DNA from: Patescibacteria group bacterium
GTDB taxonomy: Bacteria > Patescibacteriota > Patescibacteriia > 2-12-FULL-57-11
Assembly: GCA_004297205.1 (NCBI GenBank)
Contig: SCUL01000002.1
Coordinates: forward strand, 252,594-316,593
DNA length: 64,000 nt
Direction of reading: 5' to 3'
The notes under the pieces were generated by a model that was not told the DNA's origin, did not search any database, and saw only the letters and a list, made by a program, of their open reading frames with translations. The position numbers and the translations under genes are program-made. How positions within the stretch are numbered: the first letter of the stretch is position 1; each line of letters opens with the position of its first letter. Below are positions 8,904 through 19,037 of this stretch, in pieces.

Positions 8904-10073
8904 TCATGCTAGCACGGCATCGGCGATTTGGGAAGCCGCGTACCCGATTCCGTCGAGGGTGCCGAAGCGCTCCCGAAGCGCCGCATACCGCGCGTCAATC
9001 GCGGGCTGAAGCCGCTGCGCGGAAGCGATGGCCTCGGCCGGATCCGCACCCTGCCGCCAGATCGCGCCCAACTCCAAGGCCTCGACCGTCCGGTTGTTGT
9101 AGTAAATCTCAGGGAAGTCGTCCTCGAGGAACTCCGGACAGGCGAGCGGTTTCCGCGAAAGGTTCGCCAACCAGATCGTATTCCACGCCGCCCGCGCAAC
9201 CACCGACTGGATCGCCGGATGCGCGACGTATTTGGGATGGAGACGCACCGCGTTCGGGATTTCCGGTATTTCCTGGTTGACGTAGAGCCGCCATCCCTGT
9301 GCCGCCACGTGGCGATACAAGCGTCCCAGGTGCGGAATGCCGGACACGAGCACGTACACGCCCGGAGCGAGCTCTCCCTCGGTCACCGGCGCGGGCGGAT
9401 GGAACAGCGGCGGGGTCCGCCGTTCTTCGGGACGAAACGGCGCGCCGTCGGGGATCCAGGAAAACACGCTGGGTTCCGGCTGAAAGTAGATGTCCTGTCC
9501 GTCCTCCGCAGTGCGGGCGTTGTCCGCTGCTGCCGCGAGCAGGTCCGCGTCATAACGGCGGAATTGCGACTCGTCCAGGCTCTGGCGGAGAATGCGCTCC
9601 AGGTAGCCGATCGACGTGTAGAACGAGCGGATCCTCCCCATGCGGACGTTGGGATTGCGGCTGACGGAAAGGAAGAGTTCGTCCGGCGCAACCGTCACGG
9701 AAACGCCGTCGAGCGTGATCCCCGCAATGCGCTCGGCAAGATGGGCATCCACGGCGCGCTGGATCTCCGGGTACCGGCGCGCCAGCCGCTCAAGGGTGAT
9801 CGTGAAATCGCGACCGTCGTACAGCAGCGCGTCGAGGAGTTTTCCCAGCGCGGCATCCAGAACGAACAATCCGGGGTCCTTCTCCAATTCCGCCGAAAAA
9901 TCTTCCCGGAGCAGCCGCGGCAGCCGGTCGCCATAGACATGCGGAACGAGTATCCGGTACGTGACGTCCGGTTGAACGGCCGTGAGCCGTTCGCGGACGG
10001 CCAGCGCCAGGTCCACCGCGCGCAGCAACGGTCCGTTGCCGCAGCCGAAATTGACGACCAGATACCTGATCAT
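8904..10073 (-). CDS. hypothetical protein (possibly GT-B fold nucleotide-sugar hydrolase/transferase, PseG-like)
   Basis: 389 aa, N-terminal LVVNFGCGNGPLLRAVDLALAV Rossmann-like start; no confident family assignment from sequence alone. Confidence 0.4.
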   Translation of the reverse strand: MIRYLVVNFGCGNGPLLRAVDLALAVRERLTAVQPDVTYRILVPHVYGDRLPRLLREDFSAELEKDPGLFVLDAALGKLLDALLYDGRDFTITLERLARRYPEIQRAVDAHLAERIAGITLDGVSVTVAPDELFLSVSRNPNVRMGRIRSFYTSIGYLERILRQSLDESQFRRYDADLLAAAADNARTAEDGQDIYFQPEPSVFSWIPDGAPFRPEERRTPPLFHPPAPVTEGELAPGVYVLVSGIPHLGRLYRHVAAQGWRLYVNQEIPEIPNAVRLHPKYVAHPAIQSVVARAAWNTIWLANLSRKPLACPEFLEDDFPEIYYNNRTVEALELGAIWRQGADPAEAIASAQRLQPAIDARYAALRERFGTLDGIGYAASQIADAVLA

Positions 10074-10816
10074 GGCGTCATCCCCAGACGCTGCGCCATG
10101 GCGATGCGCGCCATTTCGAAATCGATCGCGCTGTCGATGTCGATGGCGTTGTCGGCGTCGACGATCATGCCCACGATGTTCTTCCCGCAGGTGGAATGCA
10201 GTTCAAGCACGGTGCGCGGGCGGATGACGGACAGGTACCCCAACGATGCGTACGCCTTGGGCAACGCCTGGCGCGGCGCGTTGTACGGCTCCGGGATGCC
10301 GTACACCGATTCCGGGATGAACGGCTGCAGCATGCCGCCGTCGGCGTCCAGGCGGTACGTCTTCATCGGGTGGTGCGGCGCTTTGGCTACGCAGCGCAGC
10401 GAATCGGCTTCCGGATGGGCCTGCAGCAGGGCGACGGCCCGCTCGATGTCGGCGGAGACGCGCAGCGGGCTGGTGGGCCGCAAGTGCACCAGCAGGTCCG
10501 GCATCTTTCCCTCGTTGTCCCGGAACCACGTCAGGGCGTGCTCCAGCACGGGCAAGTCGGGCGTCAGGTCCTGGGCGAATTCCGCGGGACGCAGGAAGGG
10601 CGTTTCCGCGCCGAACTCCCGCGCCACGGCGGCGATCTCTTCGCTGTCCGTGGAGCACACCAGCCGGTCGATCGACGGCGCGCTCTTGGCCGCCTCGATC
10701 GTCCAGGCGATCAGCGGTTTGCCGCAGAGATCCTTGATGTTCTTTTTGGGGACCGATTTTGAACCGCCCCGGGCGGTGATGAGGCCGTACACGAGCGGTT
10801 TCGCGGGCGAGGTCAT
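10070..10816 (-). CDS. CMP-nonulosonate (acylneuraminate-type) cytidylyltransferase
   Basis: GLITARGGSKSVPKKNI motif (CTP_transf_3); ATGA overlaps at both ends. Confidence 0.8.
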   Translation of the reverse strand: MTSPAKPLVYGLITARGGSKSVPKKNIKDLCGKPLIAWTIEAAKSAPSIDRLVCSTDSEEIAAVAREFGAETPFLRPAEFAQDLTPDLPVLEHALTWFRDNEGKMPDLLVHLRPTSPLRVSADIERAVALLQAHPEADSLRCVAKAPHHPMKTYRLDADGGMLQPFIPESVYGIPEPYNAPRQALPKAYASLGYLSVIRPRTVLELHSTCGKNIVGMIVDADNAIDIDSAIDFEMARIAMAQRLGMTP

Positions 10817-11766
10817 AGTGCGTTCTTCTTGCAGTGATCAATCACTTTTTGCGCAATGAACACCTGTGTCTTCTCAAGCGACTCGGCGGTCGTTCCCGCG
10901 ATGTGCGGCGTGATCAGCACGTGGTCGTGGTCGCGGGCGTACGCCACGAGCGGGCTGGTGCCCGCGCCGCTCCCCTCTTCCGCCGCCAGCACGTCGAGCG
11001 CCGCGCCGGCGACGGCGCCGGAGGCGAGCGCCTCCACCAGCGCCGCCTCGTCGATCACCCGTCCGCGCGCGGTGTTGACGACGATGGCGCCGGACTTGAG
11101 GCGTGCGATTCGCTCCCGTGACAGCAGGCCGACCGTGTCGTCCGCGAGCGGGACGTGCATGGAGACGACGTCTGACGCCGCGAGCAGCGCGTCGAAAGCG
11201 ACCGGCTCCGCGCCGCGCACGGTGATGTCCTCCGCGCTCAGGTGCGGGTCGTACGCCAGACAGCGCATGCCGAAGCCCCGGGCGATCCCCGCGACCGCCG
11301 TCCCGACGCGCCCGATCCCGACGATGCCGAGCGTCTTCCCCGACAGCTCGCGTCCCTGGAACGGGTCCTGTTCCCAGCGCCCGGCGTGCACCGCGGCCGC
11401 GGCGGCAGGGATGCGGCGCAGGAGGGCGAGCAGCAAGGCAAACGTGTGCTCGGGCGTGGCGCGCACCGTGCGCAGGAACGCGACTTCACCGCGCAAGCTG
11501 AGCACGGCGACGCCGCGGCGACCCGCCTCGGCGACGTCGATGTGGTCGAGGCCGGTCGTCGACGTGGCGACGACCTTCAGACGCGGCGCGGCGTCGAACA
11601 CGTCCCGCGTCACGCGGTGCGCGAGACGCACCACGAGGACGTCGGCGTCCGCCACGAGCGCGCGGATGTCGGCCGTACGCTCCGGGACGTACGCCACCTC
11701 CCCGAGCGTCCGCAGCAGGGCAAGCGCGGCCTGGCTGTATCCTGGTTCTGCCACGAGAATCCGCAT
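10813..11766 (-). CDS. D-isomer-specific 2-hydroxyacid dehydrogenase family (phosphoglycerate dehydrogenase-like)
   Basis: GKTLGIVGIGRVG NAD-binding motif, VVNTARG, catalytic region ...ITPHIAG; start at MRILVAEP (11766), upstream part of track ORF is junk. Confidence 0.7.
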   Translation of the reverse strand: MRILVAEPGYSQAALALLRTLGEVAYVPERTADIRALVADADVLVVRLAHRVTRDVFDAAPRLKVVATSTTGLDHIDVAEAGRRGVAVLSLRGEVAFLRTVRATPEHTFALLLALLRRIPAAAAAVHAGRWEQDPFQGRELSGKTLGIVGIGRVGTAVAGIARGFGMRCLAYDPHLSAEDITVRGAEPVAFDALLAASDVVSMHVPLADDTVGLLSRERIARLKSGAIVVNTARGRVIDEAALVEALASGAVAGAALDVLAAEEGSGAGTSPLVAYARDHDHVLITPHIAGTTAESLEKTQVFIAQKVIDHCKKNAL

Positions 11767-11767
11767 A

Positions 11768-13498
11768 TCACCCCCGGTCCGTTCCCAGAGCGTCGTACCG
11801 CATCCCGCGGGATCGGACGGCGTCCGGATGGTGCATGTTCCAGCCGTCGAAAAAATACGACGCGCCGCCGCTCGCCGCCAGCGCGCCGAAGTCCAGCGTC
11901 TCGTACCGCGGATGGTTCGTGAGCTGAAGGACGGCGTCGGATCCGGCAAACACGTCTTCGACTGCCGCGGGGCGGAATCCGGCGGCGGTGATCTCTTCCT
12001 GCGGCACCACGGGGTCATGGGCGACGATGTCCGCGCGGACGCCCCGCGCCCGCAGCGCGGTCGCGACGTCGAGCGTCACCGAACCGCGCACGTCGGATGT
12101 TTCCGGCATGCCTTTGAAGGCGACCCCCAACACGCCCACGCGCAGCTTCTCCGGCGCGATGCCCTTGTCCGCGGCAAACGCCAGGACTTTTTCGGCGACG
12201 CGTTCCGGCACCGCCCGGTTGAGGTCCCGCGCCGCGAGCGTGATGCGCGGATCGACGCCGGCGTTGCGCGCACTTTCCGCGAACAGGATGGGGTCCTTCC
12301 GCAGACAGATGCCGCCCACGCCGGGCGACGGCCGGGCGATGGGATTGCGCGGATACCCTTCGTTGGCCGCATCGATCACCGCCGTGCTGGAGATGCCGAG
12401 ACGGTCGCACAGGAGGGCCACCTGGTTGGCAAAGGCGAAGACGTAATCGCGGTAGCTGTTGTTGACGAGCTTCACCATCTCCGCGGCTTCCAGGCCGGAC
12501 GTCGCCACGATCGTCGGCGCGACCGCGCGGAAGACGCGGGCGGCCAGGTCCAAACTCCGCGCGTCCCATCCGCCGATCACCTGCGGCAACGTGCGCAGCT
12601 CCTCCAGCGCGCGTCCCTCCACGGTCCGCTCCGGCGCGAAGGCGACGGAAAAGTCGCGACCCGCGGCGAGGCCGGACCGCTGCTCGAGTATCGGAATGAC
12701 GCGGCTGCGCGTCGTACCGACGGGGACCGTCGAACGGAGGATCACCAGGTCGCCCACGCGCAGCACGTCGCCGATCGCTTCCGCCGCGGCGGTCAGGTGT
12801 CCGTAGTCGACGACATGCGTCGCCTCGTCGATCGGCGTGCCGACGCTGACGATGTAAATGTCCGCGCGCCCGGGCGCGATGGCATGTTCGAGCGTCAACC
12901 GCGACCCGACGTGTTTCTTCAGCAATGCGGGCAGGTTTTTTTCATGAAAATGCGGCGTCCCCTTCCGCAAATGCGCCAGCACGTCCGGACGCCGCTCAAT
13001 GCCCACGACGTCGTAGCCGACCTCGGCCATGGTCACGGCGAGCGTCAGGCCCACGAAGCCCAGCCCCACGATGCAGACGGTGCGCGCGCCCACTTCGCTT
13101 TCCTTCCAGAGTTCGAACGACGACACCACGTCCACCGGCCGACGGTCGTCGTCCACGAGGACGATGCGGTCGATCCGCCGGGTTTTGGCACCGCGCGCCG
13201 CAAGCTGGTCGCCGACGCGCCGCAGGACGTCCACGGACGCGAGGCCCGCCGGGACGGTGATCGGGTTCCTGTTGACGATCGTTTCGACCGGGAGCGACAA
13301 GTCATGGGACCGCAGGACCGCGCGCCGGACGTCGCCGTCAGTCACGATGCCCACAAGACGCTGCTCCCCGTCGACGACGAGGACGATGCCGGAAGGGGCG
13401 GCTTCCGGCGTCACTTTGGGCGCGGCGTTCATGATCTCCAAAACGGCACGGATGGGCACGTCCGGGGAAACCAGGATGGGGGTGAGGCGATGTCGCAT
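11768..13498 (-). CDS. CBS-domain-containing nucleotide-sugar dehydrogenase (UDP-glucose/GDP-mannose dehydrogenase family; WbpA/UDP-ManNAc DH-like)
   Basis: N-terminal CBS pair (...IVTDGDVRRAV...), then CIVGLGFVGL Rossmann motif and full UDPG_MGDP_dh N/central/C domains; start ATG 13496-13498. Confidence 0.75.
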   Translation of the reverse strand: MRHRLTPILVSPDVPIRAVLEIMNAAPKVTPEAAPSGIVLVVDGEQRLVGIVTDGDVRRAVLRSHDLSLPVETIVNRNPITVPAGLASVDVLRRVGDQLAARGAKTRRIDRIVLVDDDRRPVDVVSSFELWKESEVGARTVCIVGLGFVGLTLAVTMAEVGYDVVGIERRPDVLAHLRKGTPHFHEKNLPALLKKHVGSRLTLEHAIAPGRADIYIVSVGTPIDEATHVVDYGHLTAAAEAIGDVLRVGDLVILRSTVPVGTTRSRVIPILEQRSGLAAGRDFSVAFAPERTVEGRALEELRTLPQVIGGWDARSLDLAARVFRAVAPTIVATSGLEAAEMVKLVNNSYRDYVFAFANQVALLCDRLGISSTAVIDAANEGYPRNPIARPSPGVGGICLRKDPILFAESARNAGVDPRITLAARDLNRAVPERVAEKVLAFAADKGIAPEKLRVGVLGVAFKGMPETSDVRGSVTLDVATALRARGVRADIVAHDPVVPQEEITAAGFRPAAVEDVFAGSDAVLQLTNHPRYETLDFGALAASGGASYFFDGWNMHHPDAVRSRGMRYDALGTDRG

Positions 13499-13520
13499 GG
13501 GGGAGGGGGGGAAGTCCGTC

Positions 13521-13549
13521 AGTATGGGACCTCCGGCGCCATCGGTCAA
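13521..13549 (-). promoter_or_regulatory. candidate internal promoter (TTGACC-17-CATACT) upstream of dehydrogenase gene
   Basis: On minus strand TTGACC (13549-13544, overlapping upstream stop) 17-nt spacer CATACT (13526-13521). Confidence 0.25.
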
Positions 13550-14925
13550 GCCGGCGCGCCGGGACGCGCCATCGCGAGAATGGCCGCGGCGACGCGCTCG
13601 GCGGACCGTCCGTCGAGCGGGCCGCACATCCGCTCGCGCAGACGGGCCCGGCCGGCGGCATCCGCGGCGGGGTGCGCGATGGCATCCGCGATTTCCCGCT
13701 TCAGTTCCTCGTCGCTGTGCGCCATGCGCACGCCGCCGGACTTCAGCACGTCCTGGTAAAAATCGACCCCGTAGATCCAGCGCGTGACGTCCCTCCCCTT
13801 CTTGTCCACCGTGACGCCGTAGAGGATGTTGATGCACGGCCGATCAAGCACCGCCGCGTCGAGCGAGAGCGTCGAGCGGACGCACAGCACCGCCGCGGCG
13901 TGGCGGACGACGTTCATGAACCGCACGACCTCCTCGGGCGACGGATCCCAGCGGTCTTGGAAGTAGTCGCGCAAACGGTGCTGGTCGTCGATGACGACGC
14001 CGGGAACGCCCCGCACCGATTCGTACAACTTCTTGTCGACGTCGATGAAATACGGACGCACCACGAGGGACAGCGGCCCGAGCGATGCTTCGCGCACCCA
14101 CTGCGCAAGCCGCTCCACCAGCGCCGGATCGCCGGCGGACCAGGGTCCCTCCGCGCCGTACACGATGTACGGTTTTGCGGGATCGACGCCGAGCGCGGCG
14201 CAGGTCCGCTCCCGCGTCCACGCGTTCTCCGGCCGGAGGTACGCGTCAAACACGGGAAAACCGGCGAGCGTGATGTCTTCCGGCGCGTAGCGGTGGTTGC
14301 GGATCGCCTGTTCCCGCATCGGCTCGTTCTGCGCGACCAGCCGGTCCGGATGCACCTGCATCGTGAGCTTGTCGAGCGTATCCCACCCCTTGGGCATGGC
14401 CACCGTCGGGACGCGGCGACGTTTGGCTTCCTTCACCAGCATGATGTCCTCCTTCGAAAAAATCGAAAGCTGCACGGCGACCTCCGGTCGGTACCGGTCG
14501 AAGTACGGCGCGAACACCCGGTCCGCAAAGAGGCGGAGCTCCAACCACTGCAGCGCCGGACGGATGAACAGCACGTGCGACAACGGGAAGTAGAACGCGA
14601 ACGTCAGCGCATAAAGCCAGGGCGGCATCGCGGTCGCCTTTCCGGTGCCGTAGCGCATGTGGATGCGGCGGGTGCGGTTGAACAGCGAATTGCGCACGAG
14701 CGGAACGAACAGCTTGCGCCGCAACTTGCTGTACCCGATGGGCGGCAACGGCTCGAACACGACCCGGGGATCCGGAAAATCCGCACGCAGGTCGGGAATC
14801 GCGCGGTCCGGGACGAACAGCACGACCCGCGCGTCCGGCCGGTCGAGCAGGCGGGCGAGTGGTCCCATCCGCAGAATGTTGCGGCAGACGAGTCCTTTGT
14901 TGACGACGGCGAAGATGGTGGTCAT
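13546..14925 (-). CDS. CDP-glycerol glycerophosphotransferase (TagB/TagF, Glyphos_transf) family protein
   Basis: Paralogue of 5753-7144 (...RSTLSLDAAVLDRPCINI...); start uncertain (ATG at 14925 MTTIF aligns with paralogue; alternatives 14934 ATG, 14970 TTG). Confidence 0.55.
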   Translation of the reverse strand: MTTIFAVVNKGLVCRNILRMGPLARLLDRPDARVVLFVPDRAIPDLRADFPDPRVVFEPLPPIGYSKLRRKLFVPLVRNSLFNRTRRIHMRYGTGKATAMPPWLYALTFAFYFPLSHVLFIRPALQWLELRLFADRVFAPYFDRYRPEVAVQLSIFSKEDIMLVKEAKRRRVPTVAMPKGWDTLDKLTMQVHPDRLVAQNEPMREQAIRNHRYAPEDITLAGFPVFDAYLRPENAWTRERTCAALGVDPAKPYIVYGAEGPWSAGDPALVERLAQWVREASLGPLSLVVRPYFIDVDKKLYESVRGVPGVVIDDQHRLRDYFQDRWDPSPEEVVRFMNVVRHAAAVLCVRSTLSLDAAVLDRPCINILYGVTVDKKGRDVTRWIYGVDFYQDVLKSGGVRMAHSDEELKREIADAIAHPAADAAGRARLRERMCGPLDGRSAERVAAAILAMARPGAPA

Positions 14926-14979
14926 AGGTTCCATGCCGGGAAGTCTGTCACAAAAAAGAGGACGAAACAACCCGGGACC

Positions 14980-16353
14980 TCACCCCGGGGCGGGTCCGCG
15001 CCGAAGGCCGCGCAACCGGGAGCGGGCCGCCTCAACGATGCGCGCAACGGCCCGCCGGTCGAAGTCATCTACGGTCGCCAGGTCACGGAGCACGAAACTG
15101 CGGACACCCAACCGCCGCAACCGCCATTCGCGCACGACGATCATCGCCGCCGTGCTCGCCTGATGGACGAGCAACGCGCCGGCGGCGCCGAGCGCTTTGG
15201 AAAACGCCGGCAGCGCGGCCAACACGGCTGCCGTATTCACCGCGGAAACGGCCAGAAGGAACCGTTGCTGGCCGTGGGCATAGAGGAGCGGCGCATGGCT
15301 CATGGACAGCGCGTCCAGGAACAGCGACGGCAGGACGAGGTAAAACACCGGCACCGCGGACGCGTACTTGGGGAAGAAAAGCGCGACCGCCCACGGCATC
15401 GTGACGGCGGCCAACAAAACCACCGCGGCATAGAACCAGATGCCATACTTCGACATGCGCTGGGCGACGAAGGCACTCCCCCGCGTTTCAGAAGACATGC
15501 GGGCGAGCACCGGGAACAAGATCTGCCGGAACGGCAGCATCTGGCTGATCACGGATTTCACCGTGACCGCCAGGCTGTACACGGCCACGGCCTGCAATCC
15601 GGCGACGAGGCCGAGCAACCAGACGTCGACGCCGGAAAACAGTTGGTCGACGCCGCCGCGCGCCATTTCCCACTTGCCGCCACCGCGCATGAGCTTCCAC
15701 ACCTGCGCCGCCGCGGACCGCATGCCGTTGCCGGGGCTCAGGAACGCGCCCACGCCCGGCACGAGCAGGACGACACCCGCCCCCTTCGCGATGACGTAGG
15801 ACCAAAGCACCGTGGCAACGGAAAGCTGGCCCATGAAAACAAACGCGCCGACGACCGCCAACCGCACCGCCGACTCCGCAATCGTCGATGTGGCCAGCAC
15901 CGGGAAGCGCTCCTGGAGCTGGACACCGTGGTTGCCGATGACGGACAGGATGGTCATGGCGACCCAGCACTGCAACGGCAGGATGAACCCGCGCACCACC
16001 GGCTCGTACGTCGGGCCGAGCACTCCGGGAAGCAGACCCATGGCGACGATGGCAAGCGCCGCCATGAGGATGCGCTGCAAAGCGAATCCCCGCATCAGGT
16101 CCGCCGCGGCGGCGGCATGGTGTTCGCCCCGGAGCCGGGCGGCGGTGGCCAACACGACGTCATCCAACGCCAGGCCGGACAGGGTCAAGACGGGTCCGGA
16201 CACGCTGAGCGCCAAGGCCAGGACGCCGTAATCCTGCACCGAAAGACCCGCGGTGATCAGCAGGACCGAAACGAAGGAAAAGCCCCGGGTCGCCATGCGG
16301 GCGCCGCTGATCGTGAGCGACCCGAGCGCGAGCGTGCGGAAAAGGCGCGCCAT
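14980..16353 (-). CDS. polysaccharide/oligosaccharide flippase (Wzx, MOP superfamily)
   Basis: 457 aa, ~12 predicted TM helices, Ala/Leu/Val-rich, typical Wzx-like organisation inside glycan cluster. Confidence 0.7.
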   Translation of the reverse strand: MARLFRTLALGSLTISGARMATRGFSFVSVLLITAGLSVQDYGVLALALSVSGPVLTLSGLALDDVVLATAARLRGEHHAAAAADLMRGFALQRILMAALAIVAMGLLPGVLGPTYEPVVRGFILPLQCWVAMTILSVIGNHGVQLQERFPVLATSTIAESAVRLAVVGAFVFMGQLSVATVLWSYVIAKGAGVVLLVPGVGAFLSPGNGMRSAAAQVWKLMRGGGKWEMARGGVDQLFSGVDVWLLGLVAGLQAVAVYSLAVTVKSVISQMLPFRQILFPVLARMSSETRGSAFVAQRMSKYGIWFYAAVVLLAAVTMPWAVALFFPKYASAVPVFYLVLPSLFLDALSMSHAPLLYAHGQQRFLLAVSAVNTAAVLAALPAFSKALGAAGALLVHQASTAAMIVVREWRLRRLGVRSFVLRDLATVDDFDRRAVARIVEAARSRLRGLRRGPAPG

Positions 16354-16355
16354 AG

Positions 16356-17489
16356 TCAGGGAAGAGCGGCAAGAATCCGCTCGGCGCGGGCACGCCAGGT
16401 GCGACCGGCGACGAGCGCGGCTCCGGCAGCCACGCGCGCGTCGTCCCCCACCGCGGCGGCGATGCCCGCGGCCAGTGCCGCCGGATCGTCCGGCGGCACG
16501 AACCGCACCTCGCGCTCCGAAACGGCCTCCCGAATGCTCGGCAGGTCGGAGGACACGACCGGACGGCGTGCGGCGAGGTACTCCAGAAGCTTGATCGGCG
16601 ACGTGGTGTGCAAAGAGTTCCAGTCCTTTCCGGAGTTCGGCAACACGAGGACGTCGGCTGCGGCAAGATAGCGCATGGCCTCCGCGTGCGGCAGATGCGG
16701 CACGAGCACCACCTGGTCAAGTCCGCGCTCCGCGAGGAATCGGGTAAACGTCTCCCGGTCTTCCGGCGTGCCTCCGATCATGAGCACACGGAAACCCGGC
16801 GGCAACAGCGCGCTTGCTTCGGCCAGCACGTGCACGCCCTTCCATGCGTACAAATGTCCCGTGTACACGGCCAGATGCTCCTGCGGGGAAAGCTGCAGCG
16901 CGCGGCGCGCCTCGTCACGCGTCGGCAATGAGGCGTACGATTCCGGATCAACGGCATTCGGCGCGACGAGCACCGGGCGGCGCAACAGGCCCTTCCACGC
17001 GGCGCTGAGTCGTTCGGCATTCCAACGCGTGGTCGATACGACGAGATCGGCGGCACGCGCCACGGCACGGTGACGCGCGGCAAACCGCGGGGATACGTCA
17101 TGCGCCTCGAAGACGACCGCTCGTCCGCGGCCGGCAAGCGCGGGGGCGAGAAACTGATCGCGCGTGATCAGGATGGCGTCGTGCACGTCTTTTTCGGTGA
17201 GCCGCCGGCGCGCGGCGCGTCGGAATGACCAGACCGTCAGGGCGAAGGCGACGCGTCGCGGAATCCACCGCACGGCAAGGGCGTCAAACACCGGGAGACG
17301 CTCCACGGCGAACCGGGACCGAAGGCCGTAGTAGGCGAAGGCGTCCTGCCGAATCGACGTCGCCCGGTCGGGCACGACGAGGCGGACGTCGTGGCCGAGC
17401 GCCGCGTACGCCTCGCACATGTTGGCGATCTGCCAACCGTGCGCCTTCTCCGTGGGAAAGCGTACCGTGGTGACGTAGACGATCGTCAT
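16356..17489 (-). CDS. glycosyltransferase family 4 (GT4)
   Basis: Start MTIVYVTT at 17489 (ATGA overlap with upstream stop); C-terminal ...VLPNSGKDWNSLHTTSPIKLLEYLAARRPVVSSD (GT4 E-x7-E region). Confidence 0.75.
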   Translation of the reverse strand: MTIVYVTTVRFPTEKAHGWQIANMCEAYAALGHDVRLVVPDRATSIRQDAFAYYGLRSRFAVERLPVFDALAVRWIPRRVAFALTVWSFRRAARRRLTEKDVHDAILITRDQFLAPALAGRGRAVVFEAHDVSPRFAARHRAVARAADLVVSTTRWNAERLSAAWKGLLRRPVLVAPNAVDPESYASLPTRDEARRALQLSPQEHLAVYTGHLYAWKGVHVLAEASALLPPGFRVLMIGGTPEDRETFTRFLAERGLDQVVLVPHLPHAEAMRYLAAADVLVLPNSGKDWNSLHTTSPIKLLEYLAARRPVVSSDLPSIREAVSEREVRFVPPDDPAALAAGIAAAVGDDARVAAGAALVAGRTWRARAERILAALP

Positions 17490-18211
17490 GCGGGTTTTTC
17501 GTACGCCGCCATCACCGTCTGTCCCAGCAGCTGGACGCCGGGCAGCGACGCCACGCGCCGGTCGAACGCATGGATGAGGTTGTTGGAAAACCAGAACCGC
17601 GGCATGCCGTAGAGGTGCAACGGCGGGAACATCGTGGTCGCGCGGCTCACGACGAATCGGAAGCCGGCCCGCTCGACGATGCGCCGCCACTCCCGGACCG
17701 GCAACTCCCGTTGATGCTCGTCCGGATGCCAGCGGCCGGCATGGGCGTGCGGCGGCCGGCGGGTGAAGAACCGCGAAAGGGCCGCGACCGCATCCACGAA
17801 CCGGTCGTGCATGGCCGGGAAGGTGATGAGCAACCGACCGCCGGGCGCGACCGCGCGGAACAGTTCGCGCACGAACACGTCGGGGTGTTCGACATGCTCG
17901 ATGATGTCGATGGCCAATGCCGCGTCAAACGCGCCGTCCGGCACGGGAAGCCGCTCCACGTTCCCTTCACTCAGTTCGACGCCGGCAATCCGCATCGCAT
18001 CCATCAAACGGCGGGCGCGCGACAGCCGCTCCGCGTTCACGTCGATGCCGAGCATGCTCCTGAACGAACCGGCGTACACGAGGGCCTGCGGGCCGTCCCC
18101 GAATCCCGCGTTTAACACGCGGTCTTCCGGTCGCAGCGGAAAAAACTCCGGGTACACCCTGCTCGAGAGCAGCTTGCCGTGGAGGAAGGAAAACTCAGGA
18201 GGAAGCTCCAT
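17486..18211 (-). CDS. class I SAM-dependent methyltransferase
   Basis: VLNAGFGDGPQA...AIDIIEHVEHP...PGGRLLITFP Methyltransf_11/23-like. Confidence 0.65.
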   Translation of the reverse strand: MELPPEFSFLHGKLLSSRVYPEFFPLRPEDRVLNAGFGDGPQALVYAGSFRSMLGIDVNAERLSRARRLMDAMRIAGVELSEGNVERLPVPDGAFDAALAIDIIEHVEHPDVFVRELFRAVAPGGRLLITFPAMHDRFVDAVAALSRFFTRRPPHAHAGRWHPDEHQRELPVREWRRIVERAGFRFVVSRATTMFPPLHLYGMPRFWFSNNLIHAFDRRVASLPGVQLLGQTVMAAYEKPA

Positions 18212-19037
18212 ACCGCCGGAATGTCTGACGCATGCGCAACAGGCCGATACGCCAATGATACCGCACGAACCTCGACCAATGTTTTATGGAGAGAACGTCG
18301 CGACCGCCGTACCGGATGCCTATTGCCACGGAGACGAGCCCGATGTGAATCCCCTTCGCCAGATTCACCAGAGCCGATTTCAGGAGCTTCCGCCGCAGAC
18401 CGCGTTGCGGTGTGACGACTTCCGCCGCGACGAGCGCCAGATACCGCTCGTCCTTGGCGCGCGCATCGGCATAGGAAGGCCACGGCGCAAGGACCGGCGC
18501 GTCCAATGAGCGCACGGGCAGGTCCTGCGGAAGCAGAATCTTCTCGTGCAGCGCCTTTTTTGGATGGAATCCCACCCCCGCCACCATCGGATACAGCCGG
18601 ATATAACGGTCCGGATACAAGAACGCATGGCGGACGACGGTGCCGTTCACGATCGCGCGGCGCGGAACGGAATACGCCGCCGGCTGTCCCGCGACGGCGG
18701 TACGGATCTGATCGCGCAACGCCTCGGACATGATCTCGTCCGAGTCGAGATCGAAAAACCACGGCTGGGTGACGAAGGTGAACAATCGGTTGCGGGTCGC
18801 GGCGAAATCCGTGATGCGCACGTTCTGTTCCGCCGACTCCACCTGCGGGACGACGCGCGCGCCGAATCGCCGGGCAATGTCCTGGGTTCCATCGGTACTG
18901 TTCCCGTCGAAGACGATGACCTCGGCGAAATCGCGCACGGACGTCAAGCAGCGCTCGAGCGTCGCCGCGGAGTTGAGCGTGAGGATGCCGACGGTGCAGG
19001 GAATCTTCGGCATGGCGGATGTCGGAGAAGTACTCAT
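18195..19037 (-). CDS. glycosyltransferase family 2 (GT2)
   Basis: ...ILTLNSAATLERCL...FDGNSTDGT...DSDE motifs of GT2; start MSTSPTS at 19037 (ATGA overlap with upstream stop 19034-19036). Confidence 0.7.
   Translation of the reverse strand: MSTSPTSAMPKIPCTVGILTLNSAATLERCLTSVRDFAEVIVFDGNSTDGTQDIARRFGARVVPQVESAEQNVRITDFAATRNRLFTFVTQPWFFDLDSDEIMSEALRDQIRTAVAGQPAAYSVPRRAIVNGTVVRHAFLYPDRYIRLYPMVAGVGFHPKKALHEKILLPQDLPVRSLDAPVLAPWPSYADARAKDERYLALVAAEVVTPQRGLRRKLLKSALVNLAKGIHIGLVSVAIGIRYGGRDVLSIKHWSRFVRYHWRIGLLRMRQTFRRYGASS

Noticed and set aside
8928-10859. 643-aa plus-strand ORF across the 8904-10816 region
   Set aside because: Low-complexity Arg/Ser/Gly product; the minus strand encodes the CMP-nonulosonate cytidylyltransferase with a canonical motif and ATGA coupling.
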